A stretch of DNA of 51,643 bases from sequence record NC_049852.1; one strand, written 5' to 3'. The translations under genes were made by a program, and so were the position numbers. A model generated the notes under the pieces. It had not been told where the DNA came from. It ran no database searches and worked only from the letters and a program-made list of their open reading frames with translations. Shown here piece by piece: positions 1 to 7,323 of this stretch. How positions within the stretch are numbered: the first letter of the stretch is position 1; the number at the start of each line of letters is the position of its first letter. The DNA comes from Escherichia phage egaa.

Positions 1-406
1 CAAGTGTTTCATATTCATCTGGCGAGTAGTTCGCTAGGTTTGGTGAGACCTTAAGCATCGACTCAGCAACCTGGCGTTTTGCTTTCGCTACAGCCTTCTC
101 AAGCGCGGCCTTGTTGTACACCCTGCGATTCGGCGCACTAACAATAGCCACATCAAAGTAATTTTCTCCGAAATATTCGCTATCAGGGCCGTAAGGTTTC
201 TTTGAGACTGAAACTCTCCCCTTCTCCGCCACTTCTGGAACGCGCCCCATAATCTGACGGATATATGATCCAGCATTGCTGGCTGACTTCTTGCCCTCCA
301 GGTGCTGCCTTACCCATCTTTCAGGTATCTGGATCGATTCGTGCAATCCAGATGCGAGCGCAATCGCAACCTTGCGAAGCTCATTTGTAAATACAGATTC
401 ACTCAT
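1..406 (-). CDS. hypothetical early protein, N-terminal part (ORF runs off window start; absent from ORF track)
   Basis: ATG at 406-404 preceded by AGGAGG (rc of 411-420); minus frame open to position 1 (about 135 codons, MSESVFTNELRKVAIALASGL...). In frame with the open reading frame at the window end if the sequence is circular. Confidence 0.55.
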   Translation of the reverse strand, partial: MSESVFTNELRKVAIALASGLHESIQIPERWVRQHLEGKKSASNAGSYIRQIMGRVPEVAEKGRVSVSKKPYGPDSEYFGENYFDVAIVSAPNRRVYNKAALEKAVAKAKRQVAESMLKVSPNLANYSPDEYETL

Positions 407-585
407 GCTTTATACCTCCTCGTGACTCAGTGACTGCATTATCATTTACCGCCACCTGGTGTGTCAACTGTTTTTTGTTGTTACTGGCGGTTTTCCGATG
501 TTATCTTTTCAGAACATAACAAGATTCGCGTTTTTTTTCTTATAAATCAATGTTGTTTTTGCGTGTTATCTAAAAAAGCGCGGAT

Positions 586-720
586 ACGCCCCCACCCCCA
601 TATACACACCAACCAATACACAACCACACACAACCACCAAAAATACATCAGACATCAATATGACCACATAACACACACAACAGATAGTAATTTATAGATA
701 CATATAAATAAATAATCCTT
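586..720. repeat. CA-rich, G-depleted low-complexity tract followed by AT-rich segment
   Basis: cccccaccccca...atacacaaccacacacaacc...; almost no G on plus strand; shares 13-mer atacacaaccaca with 22840-22852; approximate coordinates. Confidence 0.6.
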
Positions 721-729
721 ATTTTTTAG

Positions 730-820
730 TATGTTATATGGATTTCTCTTGTTATTTTTTGTTATGCGATTCCACGCCGGAATAACACGCATAACAGCGA
801 TAACAGAAGATAACAGTTGC
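730..820. promoter_or_regulatory. inverted iteron array: 3x TGTTAT then 4x (G)ATAACAG at 9-10 bp spacing
   Basis: tatgTTATatgg..cttgTTATttttttgTTATgcg ... aATAACAcgcATAACAGcgATAACAGaagATAACAGttg seen directly; helical-turn spacing typical of iterons or operators. Confidence 0.5.
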
Positions 821-1000
821 GCTCGCCAGGATTGCCGAAAAGGATGCGAGAGGATCGCGTTTCTCTATCCCCTCCACACAAAAAGTTAATCACTTGATTA
901 AAATTGATCAAACTCAAAGTCTCACAATCCAGGCGATCGCGAATGATTTATTCCTGTTATTCCTGATTAATGGAATAGGTGGAATAATAACCAGTAAGCA

Positions 1001-1045
1001 AATAGCACTTTTTGTTAAAACTGAATTGCCCTGATCGGGTACATT
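1001..1045 (+). promoter_or_regulatory. conserved 20-bp element AATAGCACTTTTTGTTAAAA + 21-nt spacer + TACATT (-10-like); putative early promoter
   Basis: exact 20-mer at 1001-1020; ATG of downstream gene at 1083; 11-bp inverted repeat ctgatcgggta/tacccatcag encloses the -10. Confidence 0.6.
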
Positions 1046-1082
1046 AGACACATCGAAACGAGATACCCATCAGGAGATAGCA

Positions 1083-1592
1083 ATGAACATCAGCAAAACC
1101 ACTTTCAACTTTGCAAAGCGTCACGGTCTGGATCTGACTGTTGAGGATTTTGGCGATGTTCTGCAACTCTGCATTTGGGAAGCGGATAACGATTGCGAGT
1201 GGCTTTGCTCTTATCGTATCAATTACGATTGCTTAACCTGGCACGACAATATCTATCTGCCGCAAGAAGTGAAAGAGGAATTGCCAGCAACCATCAACAA
1301 CGAAGTTTTTTTTGCGCAAAGTCCTGAAGTTTATTGCCGAGGAGATCAAGAAATGATTAGTGAAGTGGATTTTGAACTTGCAGAGGCCCAGGTAAGGGCC
1401 AAAAAGATGGGGTTGCGGATCTTGACGGAAACAGTCGAGTTCCCGTCGATGCCGTTCGCATCATTCCATAAAGTCACCGTATTAAGTCGCAAACGCGAGT
1501 GTAACGCTCTAATACCTGTCGGTGATGATAAACGCATGGCTAAATTCATTAACGAGTCATGTGATGTTCTGAAGGCTGTTAAACACGGTTAA
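1083..1592 (+). CDS. hypothetical early protein (169 aa)
   Basis: ORF track; RBS caGGAGatagcaATG; downstream of promoter element. Confidence 0.7.
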   Translation: MNISKTTFNFAKRHGLDLTVEDFGDVLQLCIWEADNDCEWLCSYRINYDCLTWHDNIYLPQEVKEELPATINNEVFFAQSPEVYCRGDQEMISEVDFELAEAQVRAKKMGLRILTETVEFPSMPFASFHKVTVLSRKRECNALIPVGDDKRMAKFINESCDVLKAVKHG

Positions 1593-1611
1593 CAACAAAG
1601 GGGAAATAAAG

Positions 1612-1878
1612 ATGGCGCGAATCAATGCACCTATTCCAGTTAAGCGCAAAGCACGTTTGCTCAATAACGGGTGTTACGCCCTGCGGCCTGCATTTAAGGA
1701 TCGCACCTTTCCGGTTATCGTTAACGTGTCGCACGTAAGCCGTAGCGGGAATCTGGCCTTTGTTAACGGTGAGGATCTGTCGGCGCTTGGATTCTATGGC
1801 GGTATTTACGGTGAGGCGCTTGGATTCTGGATTAAAGATCCGTTAACTGGCGAGCGCGAAATCGAATTCCTGGACTAA
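1612..1878 (+). CDS. hypothetical early protein (88 aa)
   Basis: ORF track; RBS gGGGAaataaagATG. Confidence 0.65.
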   Translation: MARINAPIPVKRKARLLNNGCYALRPAFKDRTFPVIVNVSHVSRSGNLAFVNGEDLSALGFYGGIYGEALGFWIKDPLTGEREIEFLD

Positions 1879-1922
1879 ATAGCACTTTTTGTTAAAACTC
1901 AATCCTCGCGATCCGATATATT
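1878..1922 (+). promoter_or_regulatory. conserved 20-bp element + 22-nt spacer + TATATT; putative early promoter
   Basis: aatagcactttttgttaaaa at 1878-1897, TATATT about 1917-1922; 9-bp inverted repeat aatcctcgc/gcgaggatt flanks -10 and overlaps RBS. Confidence 0.6.
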
Positions 1923-1955
1923 ACACACATCGACAACGAATGCGAGGATTTGAAA

Positions 1956-2108
1956 ATGGTTACTCTGATTACCTGGGAACACGAAAACAGCCAGCCGGAA
2001 GTGCGCGAATTTGAAACTGTAGCGGCATGTTATAACCTGGCGAAAAATGGCGGATTCTATAAGGCGCAAATTGTTAACGAATTTGGAGTTGTTGACTATG
2101 AGTTCTAA
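1956..2108 (+). CDS. small hypothetical protein (50 aa), not in ORF track
   Basis: ATG 1956 with RBS GAGGAtttgaaaATG, 58 nt after element; MVTLITWEHENSQPEVREFETVAACYNLAKNGGFYKAQIVNEFGVVDYEF; stop overlaps start of next gene. Confidence 0.5.
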   Translation: MVTLITWEHENSQPEVREFETVAACYNLAKNGGFYKAQIVNEFGVVDYEF

Positions 2109-2388
2109 GTTTTACAGCTATACCGATACAGTGGATTTTGAGGGGATACAATTGCCCCTCCCGAACATATACCGCTATATCACGCGTGACGAACGCGGAT
2201 TTATTGAAGCGTGGCGCTCAAAGCCTGTGCGTGATCTTGAGTTTGGCGGCTTCCGCTCTCTTGAGGGTGAGTTGCCGATCTGCTTCGGTCATCAAAGCGG
2301 TGAAAATCTTCCGGTTGTTGCGCGTCAGTATCGCAGACACAAGATCACAAGGGCACTTATCTCTTTAACTGGATCTGTTGTTGAATAG
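2098..2388 (+). CDS. hypothetical early protein (96 aa; internal ATG of track ORF 2047-2388)
   Basis: Track ORF start at 2047 lies inside upstream ORF; in-frame ATG at 2098 has GGAG 8 nt upstream; TAG stop lies inside next promoter element. Confidence 0.55.
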   Translation: MSSKFYSYTDTVDFEGIQLPLPNIYRYITRDERGFIEAWRSKPVRDLEFGGFRSLEGELPICFGHQSGENLPVVARQYRRHKITRALISLTGSVVE

Positions 2389-2428
2389 CACTTTTTGTTA
2401 AAAACGGTATGCGCCTGAATGGTATATT
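2384..2428 (+). promoter_or_regulatory. conserved 20-bp element + 22-nt spacer + TGgTATATT (extended -10-like)
   Basis: aatagcactttttgttaaaa 2384-2403 containing stop TAG 2386-2388; TATATT 2423-2428. Confidence 0.6.
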
Positions 2429-2459
2429 ACATCCATCGACAACGAACGAGGATTTAAAG

Positions 2460-2654
2460 ATGGAAAATCAAGTTGATGTTAAAGTTGTACAGCGTGAAAC
2501 CACTCACGAGAAAGGAATCTTTAAGAAAGGCGCTATCATCACCATTGATCTTGAGGATATGGTTGCGTATCACTCCGGCCTGACATGGAACGTTGTTAAA
2601 CATGGCAATGCTTTCAAACTGCGTGGATTCAATACTTTTATGGAGGTTGTGTAA
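2460..2654 (+). CDS. hypothetical early protein (64 aa)
   Basis: In-frame ATG (codon 18 of track ORF 2409-2654) with RBS GAGGAtttaaagATG; track start lies inside promoter element. Confidence 0.6.
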   Translation: MENQVDVKVVQRETTHEKGIFKKGAIITIDLEDMVAYHSGLTWNVVKHGNAFKLRGFNTFMEVV

Positions 2655-3037
2655 TGGCCTACACAAACAGCGATTTTAAAAACTCAACTGAAACAATCAA
2701 GGCACAACTCATTAAACAACGCGCTTATAGATTCTGGCTTGATTATCATGATCTAAGGAAAGAGATTGATAATATTATCAAGACTGGTAGCGCGTTCTGT
2801 TCTAACAGGACGGTTTGGCGCAATATGAATGCGCAGTACGGCCATGGAAAAATTCGTGTATTTGGTGAGGCTGTTGAAGCGTATGTGTTTAGCGCAACAA
2901 AAGCTGTAAGTTTTAACGTTGTTGGCATTAATCAGATGAGACTAATAATATTTCATAATTCCTGGATGATTCCCGTTTCTAATGATCATTATGGCGGAGA
3001 CGGAAAGCGAGCAAATCGCCATAGCTATTTCAACTGA
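2654..3037 (+). CDS. hypothetical early protein (127 aa)
   Basis: ORF track; start overlaps upstream stop (gtgtaATGg). Confidence 0.6.
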   Translation: MAYTNSDFKNSTETIKAQLIKQRAYRFWLDYHDLRKEIDNIIKTGSAFCSNRTVWRNMNAQYGHGKIRVFGEAVEAYVFSATKAVSFNVVGINQMRLIIFHNSWMIPVSNDHYGGDGKRANRHSYFN

Positions 3038-3079
3038 TAGCACAAATTGCTAAACAATATTTCTCAAACCTGATATAGT
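3037..3079 (+). promoter_or_regulatory. variant element ATAGCACAAATTGCTAAACA + 21-nt spacer + TATAGT
   Basis: variant of the 20-mer (GAATTG/AAATTG subfamily) directly after TGA stop 3035-3037; ATG of next gene at 3110. Confidence 0.5.
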
Positions 3080-3109
3080 TACCACACCAAATATAATGAG
3101 GATTGCATA

Positions 3110-3337
3110 ATGAAAGCCAAAATCACTAACATCATGCACACTGTTGATGCACATCACCGCGTCGCCATTAAGATGGATAAATCTTGCGGAATCAACCAGT
3201 TAACAATCACGAGCGGTAAAGGTGTGTTTGTTGTTGACTCGCATCCAGGTAGTAAAATCCGCAAATATACGCGCGAAGAATTGATTAAACTTCTTGAAGA
3301 GAACAGCATGTTCATTGAAAGTTGGAAGGCTATCTAA
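3110..3337 (+). CDS. hypothetical early protein (75 aa)
   Basis: ORF track; RBS aatGAGGAttgcataATG. Confidence 0.65.
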   Translation: MKAKITNIMHTVDAHHRVAIKMDKSCGINQLTITSGKGVFVVDSHPGSKIRKYTREELIKLLEENSMFIESWKAI

Positions 3338-3346
3338 TTAATAAAC

Positions 3347-3370
3347 GGGAGGTTTCGCCTCCCTTTAAAT
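3347..3370 (+). terminator. putative intrinsic terminator (GGGAGG-loop-CCTCCC + T/A tract)
   Basis: hairpin gggaggtttcgcctccc followed by tttaaat immediately after stop of 3110-3337. Confidence 0.45.
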
Positions 3371-3383
3371 AAAGGTGATAATA

Positions 3384-3497
3384 ATGACGAAATTTCTTGA
3401 TATTTTATTTGGTGTGATGATGAGCCTTGCTGGTCTTTTAGTTGTCACTGCTGTTATTGCTACTATTCTGATTGTTATCAAGGAGCTTATGAAATGA
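3384..3497 (+). CDS. small hydrophobic membrane peptide (37 aa), not in ORF track
   Basis: ATG 3384 after aaaGGtGAtaataATG; MTKFLDILFGVMMSLAGLLVVTAVIATILIVIKELMK; stop overlaps next start (ATGA). Confidence 0.5.
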   Translation: MTKFLDILFGVMMSLAGLLVVTAVIATILIVIKELMK

Positions 3498-3718
3498 GCC
3501 AGGACGGATTTTTTGAGCGACTGCAAAAAGCGGAAGATGCTGGGCTGAATAAAGAGGCTGCTCTTGAAGTTGCATATAAGATCAGGACACTTGATGATGC
3601 GTTGGGTGAAATGGATATGGAGCATGAATGCGGTGCTGCATTTGCAGATCCAACGATGATTGTTAATGATTGCGGCTGCAATTTTGATCCTAACTGTCCG
3701 CGATGCTTTCCGTTTTGA
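3494..3718 (+). CDS. hypothetical Cys-rich protein (74 aa)
   Basis: ORF track; RBS AGGAGcttatgaaATG; C-terminal CGCNFDPNCPRC. Confidence 0.65.
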   Translation: MSQDGFFERLQKAEDAGLNKEAALEVAYKIRTLDDALGEMDMEHECGAAFADPTMIVNDCGCNFDPNCPRCFPF

Positions 3719-3727
3719 GGTGATGAA

Positions 3728-4438
3728 ATGTATAAGGGTTTAATTTTCTCTTTGTTTGATGGATCTGGTAAAGCCGTTAAAGATTGGGCTGATGCTGGAT
3801 ATAAATGCATTTGCTTTAATTACGATGATGCTGATCACGGTGATTACCACTCAGTGCGCATAATCCATGACAATATCTTTTACGTTAACGCGTGGATTGA
3901 TGATCTATTCAAATATACCGCAAAACTTGAAAATTGGGGTAAGCCTGATTTTATTATGGCGTTCCCTCCATGCACTAACCTTGCAAATAGCGGATCTCGC
4001 CATTGGGCTAAAAAACGCATTGAGAATCCATCGTTCCAGGATGAAGCCGCCGACACTTGCAAAATAGCGGCGCAAATTGCTGATTATTTCGGTGTTCCGT
4101 ACATGATAGAGAATCCTGTAGGCAAGCTGTCAACGCTATGGCGCAAGCCTGATTATACGTTCCATCCGTGCGATTATGCTGGCTATCTGCCGGAAGATGA
4201 TAAACATCCCGACTTTCCTGATATTATTCCGGCACGGGATCGGTACTTTAAGAAAACATGCCTTTGGACTGGAAACGGATTTGTTATTCCTCCGCGCGCA
4301 ACAATCATCCCTAAAGATGGCGACAAGGATAATCCTGGTTGGGCCAAAACTGGCGGAAAATCGTCTCGCACAAAGATGATCCGCTCCCTCACACCGCGCG
4401 GTTTTGCTCGCGCCGTCTTTGAAGCAAACGCAAAATAG
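3728..4438 (+). CDS. putative DNA methyltransferase (cytosine-C5-like motifs)
   Basis: FSLFDGSG (FxGxG AdoMet motif), FPPC (Pro-Cys catalytic motif), MIENPVG (ENV-like); short for a C5-MTase, family call by motif only. Confidence 0.5.
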   Translation: MYKGLIFSLFDGSGKAVKDWADAGYKCICFNYDDADHGDYHSVRIIHDNIFYVNAWIDDLFKYTAKLENWGKPDFIMAFPPCTNLANSGSRHWAKKRIENPSFQDEAADTCKIAAQIADYFGVPYMIENPVGKLSTLWRKPDYTFHPCDYAGYLPEDDKHPDFPDIIPARDRYFKKTCLWTGNGFVIPPRATIIPKDGDKDNPGWAKTGGKSSRTKMIRSLTPRGFARAVFEANAK

Positions 4439-4478
4439 CACTTTTTGTTAAAAGCCAGGTGTAAAAGCCTGGCATAAT
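4434..4478 (+). promoter_or_regulatory. conserved 20-bp element + 22-nt spacer + CATAAT
   Basis: aatagcactttttgttaaaa 4434-4453 with TAG stop 4436-4438 inside; GC hairpin gccagg-tgtaaaa-cctggc in spacer. Confidence 0.6.
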
Positions 4479-4509
4479 CACTTCACCGAAACGAAAGGAG
4501 AAATAAACG

Positions 4510-4896
4510 ATGAAAGTTATCTGCAATAAAACCAACGTTTTGATGAGCGGTCGTTATAAAGCTGTATACGAAAAAATTGCTGGTAGCGATGATGTGATCG
4601 AGTTGGAACAATTCCAGGTAAAGAGCATTACAAAGGGTAGCAAGTGGCAAAACGCTGTTGAGTCTGACTATCGTCATATCAAGACAAAAACAATTAAATG
4701 CACATTTGTAGATCACAAGATCCCGTGCAAAAAGCATTTCAAAGAAGGAAAGCGCTACCAGATTGAGCAAGGGCGCGCGCTTGGTGCTGTTGCTGGTTAT
4801 GTTTTTGATGAAGCTGGCGACCGCTGGACGCTATACCGCGAAGAAGTAGGATTTTCCGCTGGTGGCTGTCATTTATTTGAGGCTATGTATAAGTGA
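4510..4896 (+). CDS. hypothetical early protein (128 aa)
   Basis: ORF track; RBS aaAGGAGaaataaacgATG. Confidence 0.7.
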   Translation: MKVICNKTNVLMSGRYKAVYEKIAGSDDVIELEQFQVKSITKGSKWQNAVESDYRHIKTKTIKCTFVDHKIPCKKHFKEGKRYQIEQGRALGAVAGYVFDEAGDRWTLYREEVGFSAGGCHLFEAMYK

Positions 4897-5114
4897 TCAA
4901 GGCTGAATATCGCTATAAGGTGACTCATTCAGCAACAAAAACCTTCAAGCATGGCGATATAGTCAGGCCAATAAAGAAAACGATGGTTGGATGGCTGATT
5001 GGTCTTTCTTACCACAAATCACTTTATTTTGATTTTGCTGATTCCGTAACCGCGCATTGCCATAGCGCAAGGGAACCAGAAAAAATCTTAGTTAGCATAG
5101 AGCGGATCAAATAG
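4893..5114 (+). CDS. hypothetical early protein (73 aa, GTG start overlapping upstream TGA)
   Basis: ORF track; GTGA overlap; TAG stop inside next element. Confidence 0.5.
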   Translation: MIKAEYRYKVTHSATKTFKHGDIVRPIKKTMVGWLIGLSYHKSLYFDFADSVTAHCHSAREPEKILVSIERIK

Positions 5115-5154
5115 CATTTTTTGTTAAATGCGGGTAGCATTGGTGCGGTATTAT
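5109..5154 (+). promoter_or_regulatory. element variant AATAGCATTTTTTGTTAAAT + 22-nt spacer + TATTAT
   Basis: 5109-5128; hairpin gcggtattattgccgc overlaps -10. Confidence 0.55.
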
Positions 5155-5183
5155 TGCCGCATCAAAAAAAGGAGTTATCATCA

Positions 5184-6767
5184 ATGAATTTTTCGTTTGA
5201 AACCAACAAACTAACACCAAAACAAATTATCGAATTAGCTGATGCACAAGGATTGTCTCCGGTGCGCGTGTCCATTCAGGCAAACGGATACCGTCAATCG
5301 TCCAGCTTTTGGGGTGAGGTTAATGATGTTAATAACGGAAATGATCGCTACCCTGTAATTTCTCTTGGCAATGATGTTGATGTTGTTGGTAAGTTGGCGC
5401 GCAACATTGCTCGCTCAGTTCAGTTCCCTGAATCATCGGCATATATGCATTTTATCGGCTGCGTGTCTGCTGCAATGCTTGGACGCTTCACGGTTGAGTA
5501 TCACGGAACGGATCAGCCGACCGCTCTTTATGTTGTCACAAGCCAGCCTCCTTCAACTGGTAAATCTGCCGTTAACAGCCTGGCACTTGCTCCAATGGTT
5601 GCAGAAGTGGAAAGAATTAACGATCAGCGAAAGAAGGAAAGAAAAAAGATTCAGGCAAAGTTGGCAGGTCTTGCAAAAGAGATGAAAAGCGAGCGCTCCG
5701 GCGCTGATATGGAATCTCTATACCAGGAGAAAGAAGATCTGGAAGAAAAACTGGAAAAGATGTGTGACATTGTTTTCCCTGTGTCCGACACCACGCCGGA
5801 AGGACTTGCAAGAATCAACAATCGCCAGGGTAACTTTGCTGTGATTTCAGACGAGGCAACGAGTATTAACAGCCTTTTAGGTCTGACATATGCTAATAGC
5901 GAACGTAAAACCAACAGCGAACTTGTGCTGAAAGCATGGGATCATGGTCATGTTTCTATAGCTCGTGCAAACGCTGACAACAATATGAGTTTTAAAGCTC
6001 TTGGCTGTATGGCGGTGATTGCCCAGGATGAAACAATCAATGCCATCATGGATGCAGGATCGCGCGGTATCGGTGTGAGTGAGCGTTATTTGCTTGTGCG
6101 TGAGGAATCATTTTTAGGTCGTCGAAAGTTTGTTGATGATAACGGTGATTCTACTTATGAGCCTGTTGATGGAGAACTGAAAAGTCAATATTTTAAGCTG
6201 ATCCATAACATCATGAGTGAATCAAACATCCAGCTTAAGATCAGTAAATCAGCAATGCGAGTTCTTAACATGGCTCGTCAGGAGATGGAGCCGCACCTTG
6301 CTGATGGCGGAAAGTATTCGCATACAATGCTGCGCGGTGCTCTTGGCAAAATGGATAAGCAGGTGATCAGGATTGCTTCGGTTTTGCACACTATCCGCAA
6401 CTGGTTTAATCCTGGTGGATACCCTCAGAAGTCGAAAGAGATTGAAGTTGAAACCGTTCAAGAAGCACTGCTGATGTTTAGCGAGTTGAGCAAAACATAC
6501 ATTAGCGCCGCCAACGCTTCTGGCTATGCTGGTGATGATGCTGAAATGGGTAAACTAATCGAGATTATCACTCGACACGGTAAGGCTAACAAGGGGATCT
6601 TGAATGTTCGCGCCATATATGAGGCTGCACGAAAAGTTAAGCCGTTTGTTGGCCAGGCTGGCGTAATGAAGCGTATGGAAACGCAACTGCTGCCGATGCT
6701 TGAAGAAAGAAATTATATTTGTGTGATTAATGGCGTTGTTTTTGTAAATCCAACATTGCTGGGGTAA
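5184..6767 (+). CDS. P-loop NTPase-like early protein (527 aa)
   Basis: In-frame ATG (codon 22 of track ORF) with RBS aaAGGAGttatcatcaATG; Walker-A-like QPPSTGKSA; coiled-coil KKERKKIQAKLAGLAKEMK; function unknown. Confidence 0.65.
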   Translation: MNFSFETNKLTPKQIIELADAQGLSPVRVSIQANGYRQSSSFWGEVNDVNNGNDRYPVISLGNDVDVVGKLARNIARSVQFPESSAYMHFIGCVSAAMLGRFTVEYHGTDQPTALYVVTSQPPSTGKSAVNSLALAPMVAEVERINDQRKKERKKIQAKLAGLAKEMKSERSGADMESLYQEKEDLEEKLEKMCDIVFPVSDTTPEGLARINNRQGNFAVISDEATSINSLLGLTYANSERKTNSELVLKAWDHGHVSIARANADNNMSFKALGCMAVIAQDETINAIMDAGSRGIGVSERYLLVREESFLGRRKFVDDNGDSTYEPVDGELKSQYFKLIHNIMSESNIQLKISKSAMRVLNMARQEMEPHLADGGKYSHTMLRGALGKMDKQVIRIASVLHTIRNWFNPGGYPQKSKEIEVETVQEALLMFSELSKTYISAANASGYAGDDAEMGKLIEIITRHGKANKGILNVRAIYEAARKVKPFVGQAGVMKRMETQLLPMLEERNYICVINGVVFVNPTLLG

Positions 6768-6769
6768 TT

Positions 6770-7162
6770 ATGTTTCTTCTGGATCTGTATCGCTGGTGTG
6801 AGTCATTCGAATGGTTTACGCGTCAACATATAGCAAAATTTATCTTTCAGCATAGAGAATGTGAGCGGCTCGCAAGGGCCGCAGGATTTACGCCGAGAAT
6901 GTTTGCTACTGCCGTTTCAAAAGAGTTTTGCGCAAGAATGATGACCGCTGGTTATCTTGATGGAGTTGGTGGAAAGTTCTGGTGTAAGAAAGGATCCGCA
7001 AATCGCCCTTTCTCGTTTGAACTTTACAGCCTGGAAGGTATGCAAAACGAATGGGTTAGGGATGTTTTACGGATCGGAGAAATGAGCGATGAAGAACTGT
7101 TTACGTCAAATGCTAATAGACAAAATATTGAAGTTCTGCGCCGTAAGTTCAATCTCACATGA
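6770..7162 (+). CDS. hypothetical early protein (130 aa)
   Basis: ORF track; start 3 nt after upstream stop. Confidence 0.6.
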   Translation: MFLLDLYRWCESFEWFTRQHIAKFIFQHRECERLARAAGFTPRMFATAVSKEFCARMMTAGYLDGVGGKFWCKKGSANRPFSFELYSLEGMQNEWVRDVLRIGEMSDEELFTSNANRQNIEVLRRKFNLT

Positions 7163-7283
7163 AGACTTCATGCACGCAATGTTAACGCTAATTCATTCTG
7201 ACATGCGAGCGTTTAACATATCAGAGCATAATTTGTGTGATGAGGACGGCGTTTTGTTGGTTACTGTAAAGCGTATCGAATAG
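7089..7283 (+). CDS. possible overlapping small ORF (64 aa) ending inside promoter element
   Basis: ORF track; overlaps 6770-7162 by 74 nt; GGAG 10 nt upstream; its TAG is the TAG of the next element; true start uncertain. Confidence 0.3.
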   Translation: MKNCLRQMLIDKILKFCAVSSISHEDFMHAMLTLIHSDMRAFNISEHNLCDEDGVLLVTVKRIE

Positions 7284-7323
7284 CACTTTTTGTTAAAACT
7301 CCCGATCTCGTATCGGGTATATT
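7279..7323 (+). promoter_or_regulatory. conserved 20-bp element + 22-nt spacer + TATATT
   Basis: aatagcactttttgttaaaa 7279-7298; hairpin cccgat-ctcgt-atcggg in spacer. Confidence 0.6.

Noticed and set aside
88-276. Track ORF 88-276 (-), 62 aa
   Set aside because: Different frame inside the longer minus-strand ORF 1-406, which has a strong RBS and ATG at 406
461-697. Track ORF 461-697 (+), 78 aa
   Set aside because: Translation of the CA-rich low-complexity tract (His/Thr/Gln/Tyr runs); no RBS; lies in the regulatory hub
1013-1018. Reading TTGTTA of the 20-mer as a canonical sigma70 -35 hexamer
   Set aside because: Spacing to the -10-like hexamer is 21-23 bp in every copy, outside the 16-18 bp window, so the element is treated as a non-canonical upstream element rather than a simple -35
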